Shown piece after piece: positions 1 to 9,352 of a DNA stretch of 64,000 nucleotides. A program made the position numbers and the translations under genes. Where the stretch lies: the NCBI GenBank assembly GCA_017404025.1, contig JAFRDD010000141.1:19243-83242 (forward strand). The letters are read 5' to 3'. The DNA comes from Clostridia bacterium (GTDB lineage: Bacteria > Bacillota > Clostridia > TANB77 > CAG-508). How positions within the stretch are numbered: position 1 is the first letter of the stretch; the number at the start of each line of letters is the position of its first letter. The notes below the pieces were generated by a model. That model was not told where the DNA came from and did not search any database. It worked only from the letters and a program-made list of their open reading frames with translations.

Positions 1-995
1 TTATTTACCGGTAGTGTTTAAAGATTTAAAGCTGGATACATTAATTGTTTTAGACTTTTTTAGAGATCAGCTAGATAGAGTTCGGTGAAGTTGAATCATT
101 AATATTAAAAATAAATGAATTTTTAAAAACATATAAAGGAAATTTAGTTTTAAATAATGATGATCCAAATGTTGCAAGACTTGGAAAAGCAAATCCAGAA
201 AATAAAAATATTTACTATTTTAGTGTAGACAAATATCAATATGCAACTGAAAATATGAAAGAAGCAGGGGAAGGAAAATTCTGCCCATTCTGTAGTACTA
301 GACTTGAATATGAATATTATCAATATGCGCATATAGGAAAATTCAAATGTCCTAAATGTAATTTTGGAGATAATAAAATATACAAATTTATTACAGATGT
401 TGATTTAAAAAATAAAACATTTAAAGTGGATAATAATAAGTTTAAAATACAATTTAATAGTATTTACAGTATATATAATTTTGCTGCAAGTATAACTGCA
501 ACAAGTCTTTATGACGTAAAATATGATGAAATGAAAAAAGCATTAGAAAAATTTGTATTAAACAATGGTAGACAAGAAAAAATTGTAATACAAGATTGTG
601 AAACAACGATAAATTTAGCCAAAAACCCAACTGGTGCAAATGTTAGTTTAAGACTTGTAAATGAGGATGATAGTGAAAAAGATGTATTATTTGTTTTAAA
701 TGATAATTTAGCAGATGGAAAAGATGTATCTTGGATATATGATATAGATTTTTCAAATATGAATAATGTAAAAAGATTTATAACAAGTGGGACAAGAGCT
801 TATGACATGGCAATATGTATAAAAACAAGTGGAATTTCACCAAATAAAATCGAAAGTTATTTAGATTTAAAAGAAGCAGTAAAAGCGTTATATAAAACTA
901 AAAATACGAAATATGCAATATCTAATTATACAGCAATTCAAGAAACAAGACATGAAATCCTTAAGCTAAAAACTAGCTCTAATGAAAATTGTTAG
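1..995 (+). CDS. murT: MurT, the Mur-ligase-family subunit of lipid II isoglutaminyl synthase (C-terminal DUF1727 with a Cys4 zinc ribbon); 3' part only, as the gene enters from upstream. The reading frame breaks at about nt 83 (extra C in gtt-C-ggt): frame A reads ...FFRDQLDRV, then frame B continues GEVESLILKINEF... into the 255..995 ORF.
   Basis: Translation of nt 2-82 followed by nt 84-995 gives one continuous MurT-like protein. CPFCSTRLEYEYYQYAHIGKFKCPKC is the MurT zinc ribbon. gatD lies immediately downstream, the conserved operon partner. Confidence 0.6.
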
Positions 996-1000
996 TGATT

Positions 1001-1030
1001 TTTTCAAAAAGGACCGTCCCTAATGAAAAA
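1001..1030 (-). repeat. One copy (reverse orientation) of a dispersed 29-bp hairpin repeat, TTTTCAAnAGGGACGGTCCTTTTTGAAAA family, in the murT-gatD spacer.
   Basis: Sequence ttttcaaaaaggaccgtccctaatgaaaa matches the copies at 14401-14510 and 17930-17987. Confidence 0.6.
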
Positions 1031-1062
1031 TTAATGAAAATTTGCTAAAGAAAGGAAAAATT

Positions 1063-1818
1063 ATGAAAGAATTAAAGATATTATACTTATACCCAGATAT
1101 ATTAGATTTATATGGGGATATTGGAAATATTAAAATATTAAAATATAGATTAGAACAAAGAGGTATTAAAGCAATTATTGATAATTATTCTATAAATGAT
1201 GAGAAACCAGACTTTGAAAGTTATGATATTATTTTTGCTGGTGGTGGAGCTGATAATGAACAGCAAATACTTTCGGAAGATTTAATTAAGTATAAAGAAG
1301 AAATAAAGTTAGCAAAAGAAAAAGGAGTGTTTTTATTACTTATATGTGGTGCATATCAATTATTTGGAAAATACTATAAAGGAGTAGAAGGAAATATTAT
1401 ACCAGGATTAGAAATATTTAACTATTATACAAAAGCAAATCAAAATCGTTCACAGAGATGCATTGGGAATATTGTTATAGATGTATCATTAAATAATAAT
1501 ATTAAAACTAAAGTTATAGGTTTTGAAAATCATGGTGGACAAACATATGAGATTAATAATTCATTTGGAAAAGTATTGTATGGAAATGGAAATAAATTTG
1601 GAGATGAATGTGAAGGGTATATGGAAAAAAATGTTATAGCAACTTATTTACATCGGACCACTTCTTTCAAAAAATCCTGAGATAACAGATTATATTATAA
1701 AATATTGCTTAGAACGTAAATACAATCAAATAATTGAATTAGAACCTTTAAATGATGAGTTCGAGAATAAATGCAGAGAACAATTGATAGAAAAATTTTT
1801 AAATAACAAAAATATATA
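1063..1818 (+). CDS. gatD: GatD, a CobB/CobQ-like glutamine amidotransferase and MurT partner. Apparent 1-nt insertion at nt 1654 (cat-C-gga): the annotated ORF stops at 1680, but removing the C restores ...TYLHGPLLSKNPEITDYIIKYCLERKYNQIIELEPLNDEFENKCREQLIEKFLNNKNI* ending at 1818.
   Basis: N-terminal LYPDILDLYGD and LLICGAYQLFGKYY are GATase1-like GatD motifs. The conserved catalytic His-Gly-Pro is recovered only after removing the extra C. Confidence 0.6.
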
Positions 1819-2221
1819 ATAAAACGAAAAAATTATATCATAATATTTAAATTCAAAACATTTTAAGATCTTCTATTGGGCCTTGAATTTCCATATTATG
1901 ATATAATTTTTTGTTGATATTAAATATTATATACTAAATTCATATTATAAATTATCTACAATTGTTATTATTATTTTGTCTTTCATTGTTGTTATTATTG
2001 TTGCTATTGTTATTGTTATTTTTTTTGTTATTCTTACTATTTTTTTCTGACATATAAAAACACCTCCATAACATATACTAAATATATTTTTAACATAAAA
2101 ATAAAAAATATACTTTAAAAAGCTATAAAATAAAAAAATTGATTGAAATTTGGCTATAAATATTATATAATGCTGTAGCAGAAATAAAAAAATGTACATA
2201 AAATGAAACAGAGGGGATATT

Positions 2222-3616
2222 ATGGAAAATAAAAAATTAGAAGAATTTAACAATTACATAAGATATAGAAAAGTTGCTGTAATTGGGCTTGGAGTTAGCA
2301 ATTTGCCTTTATTAGATTATTTACATGAAAAAAAAGCTAAAGTAACAGTATTTGATGAGAAAAACATAAATGAAATTCCAAAAGATATAATGGATAAAAT
2401 TACAGAATATGCATTTGAATTTTCTTTAGGCAAGAATTATTTAGAAAAATTAAAAGGATTTGATCTTATATTTCGTTCACCAAGTTGTTTACCAACAGTA
2501 CCAGAATTAATGGCAGAATATGAAAGAGGTGCTATAGTAACAACAGAAATAGAAATGCTAGTAGAAATGTGCCCAGGAACTGTGATAGGAATTACAGGAA
2601 GTGATGGAAAAACAACTACAACAAGTTTAATATATGCTATATTAAAAAATGCAGGTTTAAATACCTATGTTGGAGGAAATATAGGTAAGCCATTATTTAC
2701 AAAACTTTCTGAGATGAAAAAAGATGATGTTATAGTATTAGAATTAAGTAGTTTTCAATTAATGAATATGAAAGTAAGTCCGCAGATTTCGGTAATAACC
2801 AATATAACACCAAATCATTTAAATATTCATAAAGATTATGAAGAATACATAGAGGCTAAGAAAAATATTTTCAAATGGCAAGACGAAAATGGAACATTAA
2901 TATTAAATTATGATAATGAAATAACAAAAAATTGTGAAAAAGAAGCCAAAGGAAAAGTAATATTTTTTAGTAGTAAAGAAAAACTTGAAAATGGTTATAT
3001 AGTAGATGATAATGTAATAAAAGAAAGTGAAGATAAGATAAGAAAGCATATATTAAATACATCTGAAGTTAAACTACGAGGAATACACAATTATCAAAAT
3101 ATATGTGCTGCAATTGCTGCAACAAGGCAATTTGTACCTATGGAAAAAATAGTAGAAACAATTAAAGAATTTAATAGTGTTGAACATAGATTAGAATTTG
3201 TTAGAGAAATAAATAATACAAAATGGTATAACGATTCAGCAAGTTCATCACCAACAAGAACCATATCAGGATTAAATGCGTTTAACGAAGAAATAATTTT
3301 AATAGCAGGTGGGTATGACAAGAATTTAGACTATACTCCACTTGCAAAACCAATATTGGATAAAGTTAAAACATTAATTTTAATGGGGCAGACAGCAGGA
3401 AAAATATTCGATAGCGTAAAACAAGAAATGGAGATTCAAGGTAAAACAGTAAAAATATATATGTGTAATAGTTTACAAGAAACTATCGATATGGCAAGAA
3501 AATCAGCAAAACCGGGGCAAGTTGTTTTATTTTCACCTGGAAGTGCAAGTTTTGATATGTTTAAAAATGCTTATGATAGAGGAAATCAGTTTAAAAAATT
3601 AGTTAATGAAATTTAA
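2222..3616 (+). CDS. murD: UDP-N-acetylmuramoylalanine--D-glutamate ligase MurD
   Basis: 464 aa. Mur ligase P-loop GITGSDGKTTTTSLI. Rossmann N-terminus VAVIGLGVSN. Full length for the family. Confidence 0.9.
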   Translation: MENKKLEEFNNYIRYRKVAVIGLGVSNLPLLDYLHEKKAKVTVFDEKNINEIPKDIMDKITEYAFEFSLGKNYLEKLKGFDLIFRSPSCLPTVPELMAEYERGAIVTTEIEMLVEMCPGTVIGITGSDGKTTTTSLIYAILKNAGLNTYVGGNIGKPLFTKLSEMKKDDVIVLELSSFQLMNMKVSPQISVITNITPNHLNIHKDYEEYIEAKKNIFKWQDENGTLILNYDNEITKNCEKEAKGKVIFFSSKEKLENGYIVDDNVIKESEDKIRKHILNTSEVKLRGIHNYQNICAAIAATRQFVPMEKIVETIKEFNSVEHRLEFVREINNTKWYNDSASSSPTRTISGLNAFNEEIILIAGGYDKNLDYTPLAKPILDKVKTLILMGQTAGKIFDSVKQEMEIQGKTVKIYMCNSLQETIDMARKSAKPGQVVLFSPGSASFDMFKNAYDRGNQFKKLVNEI

Positions 3617-3682
3617 AAATATGATTAAGTATCAAAATAAAATCTCTTTGCATAATATACAAAAAATGTAAGGAGGTTTTTT

Positions 3683-4180
3683 ATGTTTAATCAAGATTAT
3701 GACGAATACTTAAGAAATGTTTTAGGATATCTGCCTAATGGTAGAATTGAGAATCTATATCAAAATGAATATGGACAATATCCAATACAATATGAAGAAA
3801 ACTATTGGGATGTAAATGAAGATGACAGAATAAGAGATTTGGAAGAGTCTTATCCAGACATTTATAAATCCATTTATCCTATAGTACAAAAAGAATGTAA
3901 AAATTGTAATAGAAGTATTACAAAAGATTTAGTTGAAGAGCTAACACATAAAATATATAATCAAGTTTCTGTAAATAATGAAATAATAGTAGATTTAAAT
4001 GTGCCTAATCAATCTAATAATAGAAATCAAGAAGGAAAAAAGGAAAATAGACAATGTAACAGAGGTTTATGTGATTTAATAAAAATACTGATAATAAGAG
4101 AGCTACTTGGAGTAAGACCCGGAAGGCCAAGGCCACCACGCCCTATATTTCCACCGCCAAGACCACCAAGGTTTTTTTAA
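3683..4180 (+). CDS. Hypothetical protein with a Pro/Arg-rich C-terminal tail (GVRPGRPRPPRPIFPPPRPPRFF). Possibly a spore-coat or morphogenetic protein.
   Basis: ORF with RBS aaggagg 8 nt upstream. Composition is Tyr/Asn/Glu-rich. No recognisable catalytic motif. Confidence 0.5.
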   Translation: MFNQDYDEYLRNVLGYLPNGRIENLYQNEYGQYPIQYEENYWDVNEDDRIRDLEESYPDIYKSIYPIVQKECKNCNRSITKDLVEELTHKIYNQVSVNNEIIVDLNVPNQSNNRNQEGKKENRQCNRGLCDLIKILIIRELLGVRPGRPRPPRPIFPPPRPPRFF

Positions 4181-4250
4181 TAAAATACTTGAATAATGCT
4201 AAAATATAAGATAAAATATATAGTGTAAATAAGAATTAGGAGGAATTATT

Positions 4251-4430
4251 TTGAAAAGCGAAAAAGGAGAAGTATCAGTTAATTTTGTAATAAAAGCAAT
4301 AATAGCAATTATATGTTTTATAGGAATTGTACTATTAGTATATGACTCACATAGAGATGACACAAATCAAAATACTAGTGCAAACACATATATTGAAAAT
4401 AGTACTAATACAAATACAAACCAAAATTAA
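4251..4430 (+). CDS. Putative small membrane protein (59 aa, TTG start) with one TM helix and an Asn/Thr-rich tail.
   Basis: Strong RBS aggagg 6 nt upstream of TTG. Hydrophobic core FVIKAIIAIICFIGIVLLVY. Not in the ATG-only ORF track. Confidence 0.3.
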   Translation: MKSEKGEVSVNFVIKAIIAIICFIGIVLLVYDSHRDDTNQNTSANTYIENSTNTNTNQN

Positions 4431-4444
4431 AGGAGAAGAACAAA

Positions 4445-5671
4445 ATGATAATAGAGCAATTAATATTTACTGTAATAACATTAGTATTATTTATTTTGAT
4501 TTTTTGTAAGATGATAAAAAATAATGATACTACATATGTAGTAGTATTAGTTATGCAAACACTAGGAATATCAATAAATTTTATAAGTGTTATTGGATCT
4601 TTAAATATAAATATAGTTTTAAAAGTTATAATGTGGATTATTTCTGTTGTATTACCGATAATAATTATTATTTTAGAAAAAAGAAATATTTCATTATTTG
4701 AAACTACAAAACTGCTAAGAGCAAAAATTTATTTTAAAATTGGAAATAATAAAAAAGCAAAACAGCAATTAATAGATATAATTGACAGAAATGCAGATAG
4801 TTATAAAGCGCATAAACAATTAGCAGAGATCTATGAATCAGAAGGTGGGATGAGAAAAGCTATAGATGAATATGTGCAAGCAATAGATATCAAAAAAAAT
4901 GATTATGATTCTTACTATAAAGTAGCAGGTTTATTAAATAATTTAGATAAAAAAGATGAGGCAATTCAAATGCTAAATAATTTATTAAATAAGCAACCAG
5001 ATTATTGCGAAGCTTCAAAACTTTTAGGAGATATTTATTGCGCTAAAGAAATGTATAAAGAAGCGGTAAGTGTTTATCAAGATGCACTTCAATATAATCC
5101 TGCAGATTATGAACTACACTATAATTTAGGAATGGTTTATACAATGTTAAATGATTTTCAAAATGCAAAACAATCATATCAAAAAGCAGCAGAATTGAAT
5201 TCTTTATTATATAACACTAATTATTCATTAGCAGAGATTGCATTAATTTACAAAGAATTAGAAGAAGCAAAAGAAAGATTTGTAAAAGCAACTGAAGATG
5301 AAGAATTAGCTGCTGATGCATATTATGAATTAGCTAAAATATGTTTGATTCAATTAGACAAAGATACAGCAATTAATTATGCAAATTTAGCAATAGAATT
5401 AGATGCTAAAAAAATTGTTGAGAAAATCAATAATGACTCGATTTTTATACCAATTTATGCAAAGCTTTCAATACCATTTAATTTAGAAATATCAGAAGAA
5501 AAGAAAACGAAAATGACTAAAAAAGAAAAAATGGTAAAAGAACATTTAGAAGAAATGTCTGAAATAACTAGAAATCTAAGTTATAATGATATCCGTCTAT
5601 TAAGAAAAAATAGAGAAAAAAATGAAAAAAATAAAGAAATAGAAAATAATGATAGAGAAATTCAAGAATAG
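4445..5671 (+). CDS. Membrane-anchored tetratricopeptide (TPR) repeat protein
   Basis: Three N-terminal hydrophobic segments followed by repeated TPR-like 34-aa units (AxxYxxLGxxY-type), then a Lys/Glu-rich tail. Confidence 0.6.
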   Translation: MIIEQLIFTVITLVLFILIFCKMIKNNDTTYVVVLVMQTLGISINFISVIGSLNINIVLKVIMWIISVVLPIIIIILEKRNISLFETTKLLRAKIYFKIGNNKKAKQQLIDIIDRNADSYKAHKQLAEIYESEGGMRKAIDEYVQAIDIKKNDYDSYYKVAGLLNNLDKKDEAIQMLNNLLNKQPDYCEASKLLGDIYCAKEMYKEAVSVYQDALQYNPADYELHYNLGMVYTMLNDFQNAKQSYQKAAELNSLLYNTNYSLAEIALIYKELEEAKERFVKATEDEELAADAYYELAKICLIQLDKDTAINYANLAIELDAKKIVEKINNDSIFIPIYAKLSIPFNLEISEEKKTKMTKKEKMVKEHLEEMSEITRNLSYNDIRLLRKNREKNEKNKEIENNDREIQE

Positions 5672-5740
5672 TTAATACTCATAAAATCCTTAAATAATAA
5701 ATATATTTAAATAATATATATTCAAGAAGGAGAGGATTTT

Positions 5741-6592
5741 ATGAGTAAAAATTTTGCTGTAATAGGTGGAGATTTACGAATTGTAAATCTTGCAAGATTA
5801 ATTGCTAAAGATGAAAAACAAGTTTATGTATACGGATTAGAAAAAGTAGAAGAAATTAAAAATATATCTAATTTAATTATTACTAAAACTTTGGAAGAAG
5901 CTATTAGTAAAGCAAATTTTGTAATAGGGCCAATGCCATTTTCTAAAGATGATATAAATGTAAATGCACCATTTTCCAATAAAGAAATTTCTATTAGTGA
6001 TTTTTTTAAAAAAATAAATAATAAAATTTTTATTGCTGGAAATTTTTCAAGTAATGTTAAAGAGGTAATAAAAGAAAATAATATAAAATATATAGATTTA
6101 ATGGATCAAGAAGAACTTGTTATATTAAATGCACTTTCAACTGCAGAAGGAGCAATACAAGTTGCAATGGAAAATACAAATATATTATTACATGGTAGCA
6201 AAATATTAATTTTAGGATTTGGAAGAATAAGCAAAATTCTAGCAAATAAATTAAAAGCATTATCAGTTGATGTTACATGTGCTGCAAGGAAAAAAGAAGA
6301 CTTTGCATGGATGGAAAGTTATGGATATAATTCTACTGATATAAATAAACTTAATGAAAATTTAAATCAATATGATATTATTTTTAACACTGTACCACAT
6401 TTAATATTAACAGAAGAGAGACTAAAATATGTAAAAAAAGATTGTGTACTAATAGATTTAGCATCAAAACCAGGTGGAATTGACAAAAATGCAAAATACA
6501 TATGGGCTTTGGCATTACCAGGAAAGGTTGCACCTGTTACATCTGCAGAATTTATGAAAAAAACAATATATAAAATGATAGAGGAAGGATGA
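5741..6592 (+). CDS. dpaA: Dipicolinate synthase subunit A (SpoVFA/DpaA)
   Basis: N-terminal AVIGGDLR Rossmann motif. C-terminal LIDLASKPGGID...ALALPGKVAPVTSA matches the SpoVFA LDLASRPGG...LPGIVAP signature. No dpaB follows. Confidence 0.75.
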   Translation: MSKNFAVIGGDLRIVNLARLIAKDEKQVYVYGLEKVEEIKNISNLIITKTLEEAISKANFVIGPMPFSKDDINVNAPFSNKEISISDFFKKINNKIFIAGNFSSNVKEVIKENNIKYIDLMDQEELVILNALSTAEGAIQVAMENTNILLHGSKILILGFGRISKILANKLKALSVDVTCAARKKEDFAWMESYGYNSTDINKLNENLNQYDIIFNTVPHLILTEERLKYVKKDCVLIDLASKPGGIDKNAKYIWALALPGKVAPVTSAEFMKKTIYKMIEEG

Positions 6593-6599
6593 AAATTTA

Positions 6600-7458
6600 A
6601 TGATATTAGAAATAATAAAATCAATTATATTTGGAATTGTAGAAGGAATTACGGAATGGCTACCAATAAGTAGTACAGGACACTTAATACTAGTTGAACA
6701 GTTTTTAAAATTTAAGGAAGTATCACCAGAATTTTGGGAAATGTTTCAAGTCGTAGTTCAGTTAGGAGCAATACTTGCTGTTGTAGTTATATATTTAAAA
6801 AATATATGGCCATTTACAAATAATAAATCAAAAGCTATTAAGAAAACAGGTATCTTATCATATTTAGATAAAGACAAAATGAATTTATGGGGAAAAATAT
6901 TAGTCTCTTGTGTTCCAGCTGCTATTATTGGTTTACTATTTGATGATGTATTTGAAGCTGTTTTCTATAATCCACCTTGTATTGCGATGGCACTTATTGT
7001 ATTTGGTATTATTTTTATTGTTGTTGAAAACAGAAAAACAAGTAAAAACAATAAAAAAAGTAATATAAAATCTATTACATATAAAGATGCTTTAATAATA
7101 GGGCTCTTTCAATTATTAGCTGCTATTTTTCCAGGAACTTCACGTTCAGGAGCTACAATAATAGGAGGTTTAATTATAGGACTTACAAGAGCAAATGCAG
7201 CAGAGTTTACTTTTTATTTAGCAATACCTACAATGCTTGGAGCAAGTTTGCTTAAAATTGTAAAATTTGGTTTAAATTTTACAGGGATAGAAATTGCTGT
7301 TTTATTAGTACGGAATGATAGTAGCATTTTTAGTGTCAGTGTTTGTTATAAAATTTTTGATGAATTATATTAAGAAACATAATTTTAAACCTTTTGGATA
7401 CTATAGAATAGCACTTGGAATTATAGTTTTATTATATTTTTTAATTTTCAGTAAATAA
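6600..7458 (+). CDS. uppP: Undecaprenyl-diphosphatase UppP/BacA. Apparent 1-nt insertion at nt 7311 (gta-C-gga): the annotated ORF ends at 7373, but removing the C restores ...[49 protein letters not shown] ending at 7458.
   Basis: [13 protein letters not shown] and [14 protein letters not shown] are the BacA signature motifs. The restored C-terminus ([11 protein letters not shown]) is the conserved UppP tail. Confidence 0.7.
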
Positions 7459-7477
7459 AGAGCCGTAAGGCTCTTTT
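7458..7477. terminator. Bidirectional rho-independent terminator AAGAGCC-GTAA-GGCTCTTTT
   Basis: 6-bp GC-containing stem, 4-nt loop, T-run. Sits between the convergent uppP and 7476..7685 ORFs. Confidence 0.6.
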
Positions 7478-7685
7478 AAGTATTTTTGGTCATTTTTTCA
7501 TATTCTTTGCATTTTATTTTGTAATCCATCTGCATGCATAAATATCTGTAATATACATAAGCTTGCTCATATTGTGCCATAGGATTAAAAAAAGGTTCAT
7601 CTGGCATAAAATTTCCATATTGGTTTCCTGGTTGTTGCATTCCAAAGTCAGCAAAAGGTTGGTAATTAGTATTATCTTTTTCCAT
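7476..7685 (-). CDS. Small Tyr/Gln/Pro-rich protein (69 aa), possibly a spore-coat protein
   Basis: RBS GGAG about 9 nt upstream. The composition (YQPFADFGMQQPGNQYGNF...YVYYRY) resembles coat proteins. No homology assignable from memory. Confidence 0.4.
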   Translation of the reverse strand: MEKDNTNYQPFADFGMQQPGNQYGNFMPDEPFFNPMAQYEQAYVYYRYLCMQMDYKIKCKEYEKMTKNT

Positions 7686-7910
7686 ATAATCAACTCCATT
7701 CTAATTAATAAATATTAAAGAGATGCGAAATTATTACAAAATTTTGCTAAAAATTTTAAAAAAAATTTAACTTAAAGGTTAAATAGTAATAAAAAGAGAA
7801 ATATAGAGTAAAACAAAAGAAATAGCAAAAAATGGTATAAAAAATAAACTTAATGATACTTGATTAACTAATAAATATATTATAAAATATTTTTGAAGGT
7901 GAGGAAATAC

Positions 7911-9332
7911 ATGAAAGAAAAAGAAGATTTATTTGATAAAATATTAAAAAAATATGGTGTTCAAAAAAATCAGAAAAAAGCAATTTTAGAAATGTTATAC
8001 TATGATACACCAGATGGAAAAATTCATAATTTTTATTATAGAGAAGATGATACTGAGTATGAAAAGTTAGACAATGAAATACTTAAAATATGTGAAAATC
8101 CAGAAGAATATAGCTATAATGTAAAAAAAGAAGAAAATTCAATAAACAATGTTTATGATAAAACAATGAGAATGGCTTTAGATGAAAAGAAAAATGCAGT
8201 AAAAATAATAAATATTGCATTAAATGGAGGAGCTACTATAACTGAAGAAAAAATTGAAAAATATAATAGTAGTTTTGTTAGTTCTAATCTAGAAAACTCA
8301 GAAGCTGATGTAGTATATAAATTGAAAGATAAAAATGTATTTTTTTTGCTAGAGCATCAATCAAAGGTTGATAATGTAATGGCATATAGAATTGCGAAAT
8401 ATCAATTTGAAATAATAGATAGTGTAATAAAAGATACAAAGGGAAAATATAAAAACAAAAGCTATAAATTTCCACAAGTAATACCAATTGTAATTTATAT
8501 AGGAAAAGGTAAATGGACAGCAAAACAATGCTTTGAAGAAATGCAAATAAATTGGGGAAAAGATACACCTAAAGGTTTTTCAAATTATTTATTTGTAGAT
8601 GTAAATCAAATAAATAATAGTGAATTATTAGAAGATAATACTACAATAACTAAAGTTATGTTAATGCAAAAAGCAAAAACAGAAGAAGAATTTAATACTT
8701 ATTGGGAAGAAATAGAAAATGAATTGGAAATAAATAAAAGAAAATATACTAACGAACAAATAGAATTTGTGAGAAACGTTATTACTTCAATAGCAATGAC
8801 AAAATATGATAGGAAAGACATAAGAAAAATATTAGAAAGATATCAAAAGTTAGGAGGAAAAGAGAATATGATGGTTGTTGTAGAAAATTTGAGAAAAGAT
8901 AGGGAGAGAGCAGTAAAAAAGTCAAGAATGGAAGGAATAAGAGAAGGAGAAAGCAAAATGATGGGAGTAATAGAAAACTTAAAAGAAGACAGAGAAAGAG
9001 CAGTAAAAAAGTCAAGAATGGAAGGAATAAAAGAAGGAGAAAGCAAAATGATGGGAGTAATAGAGAACTTAAAAGAGGACAGAGAAAGAGCAGTAAAAAA
9101 GTCAAGAATGGAAGGAATAAGAGAGGGAGAGAGCAAAATGATGGGAGTAATAGAGAACTTAAAAGAGGACAGAGAAAGAGCAGTAAAAAAGTCAAGAATG
9201 GAAGGAATAAGAGAAGGAAAAATTGAAGAAAAAATTGAAATTGCTAAAAAGATGCTTGAAGTTAATGTCGATATAGAACTAGTTAGCAAAGCTACAGGCA
9301 TTTCTATAGATGAATTAGAAAAAATAAAATAA
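7911..9332 (+). CDS. Rpn-family recombination-promoting nuclease / putative transposase (TIGR01784-like PD-(D/E)xK protein), with 3.8 internal in-frame tandem 30-aa repeats
   Basis: LLEHQSKVDNVMAYRIAKY core. C-terminal KIEIAKKMLEVNVDIELVSKATGISIDELEKI tail typical of this family. RBS gaaggtgagg before ATG 7911. Confidence 0.6.
   Translation: MKEKEDLFDKILKKYGVQKNQKKAILEMLYYDTPDGKIHNFYYREDDTEYEKLDNEILKICENPEEYSYNVKKEENSINNVYDKTMRMALDEKKNAVKIINIALNGGATITEEKIEKYNSSFVSSNLENSEADVVYKLKDKNVFFLLEHQSKVDNVMAYRIAKYQFEIIDSVIKDTKGKYKNKSYKFPQVIPIVIYIGKGKWTAKQCFEEMQINWGKDTPKGFSNYLFVDVNQINNSELLEDNTTITKVMLMQKAKTEEEFNTYWEEIENELEINKRKYTNEQIEFVRNVITSIAMTKYDRKDIRKILERYQKLGGKENMMVVVENLRKDRERAVKKSRMEGIREGESKMMGVIENLKEDRERAVKKSRMEGIKEGESKMMGVIENLKEDRERAVKKSRMEGIREGESKMMGVIENLKEDRERAVKKSRMEGIREGKIEEKIEIAKKMLEVNVDIELVSKATGISIDELEKIK
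8871..9215 (+). repeat. Four near-identical 90-bp tandem repeats (unit GVIENLKEDRERAVKKSRMEGIREGESKMM) inside the Rpn-family gene
   Basis: Unit starts at 8871, 8961, 9051 and 9141, with only silent or single-aa differences. Confidence 0.9.
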
Positions 9333-9352
9333 AGTCAATATTGACTTTATTT
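9331..9352. terminator. Bidirectional terminator hairpin AAGTCAATATTGACTT plus T-run
   Basis: Perfect 16-bp palindrome between convergent genes. Confidence 0.5.

Noticed and set aside
150-639. Minus-strand ORFs 150-332 and 454-639
   Set aside because: Embedded antisense in murT. AT-rich frames without an RBS.
1945-2253. 102-aa minus-strand ORF in the gatD-murD spacer
   Set aside because: Low-complexity I/T/F-rich frame through AT-rich repeats. The only plausible coding signal there is the different-frame 33-aa Asn-rich ORF with a real RBS, reported separately.
8782-9301. Minus-strand ORFs 8782-9195 and 8843-9301 (L/S/F-rich)
   Set aside because: Antisense readings of the 90-bp tandem repeats in the Rpn-family gene.
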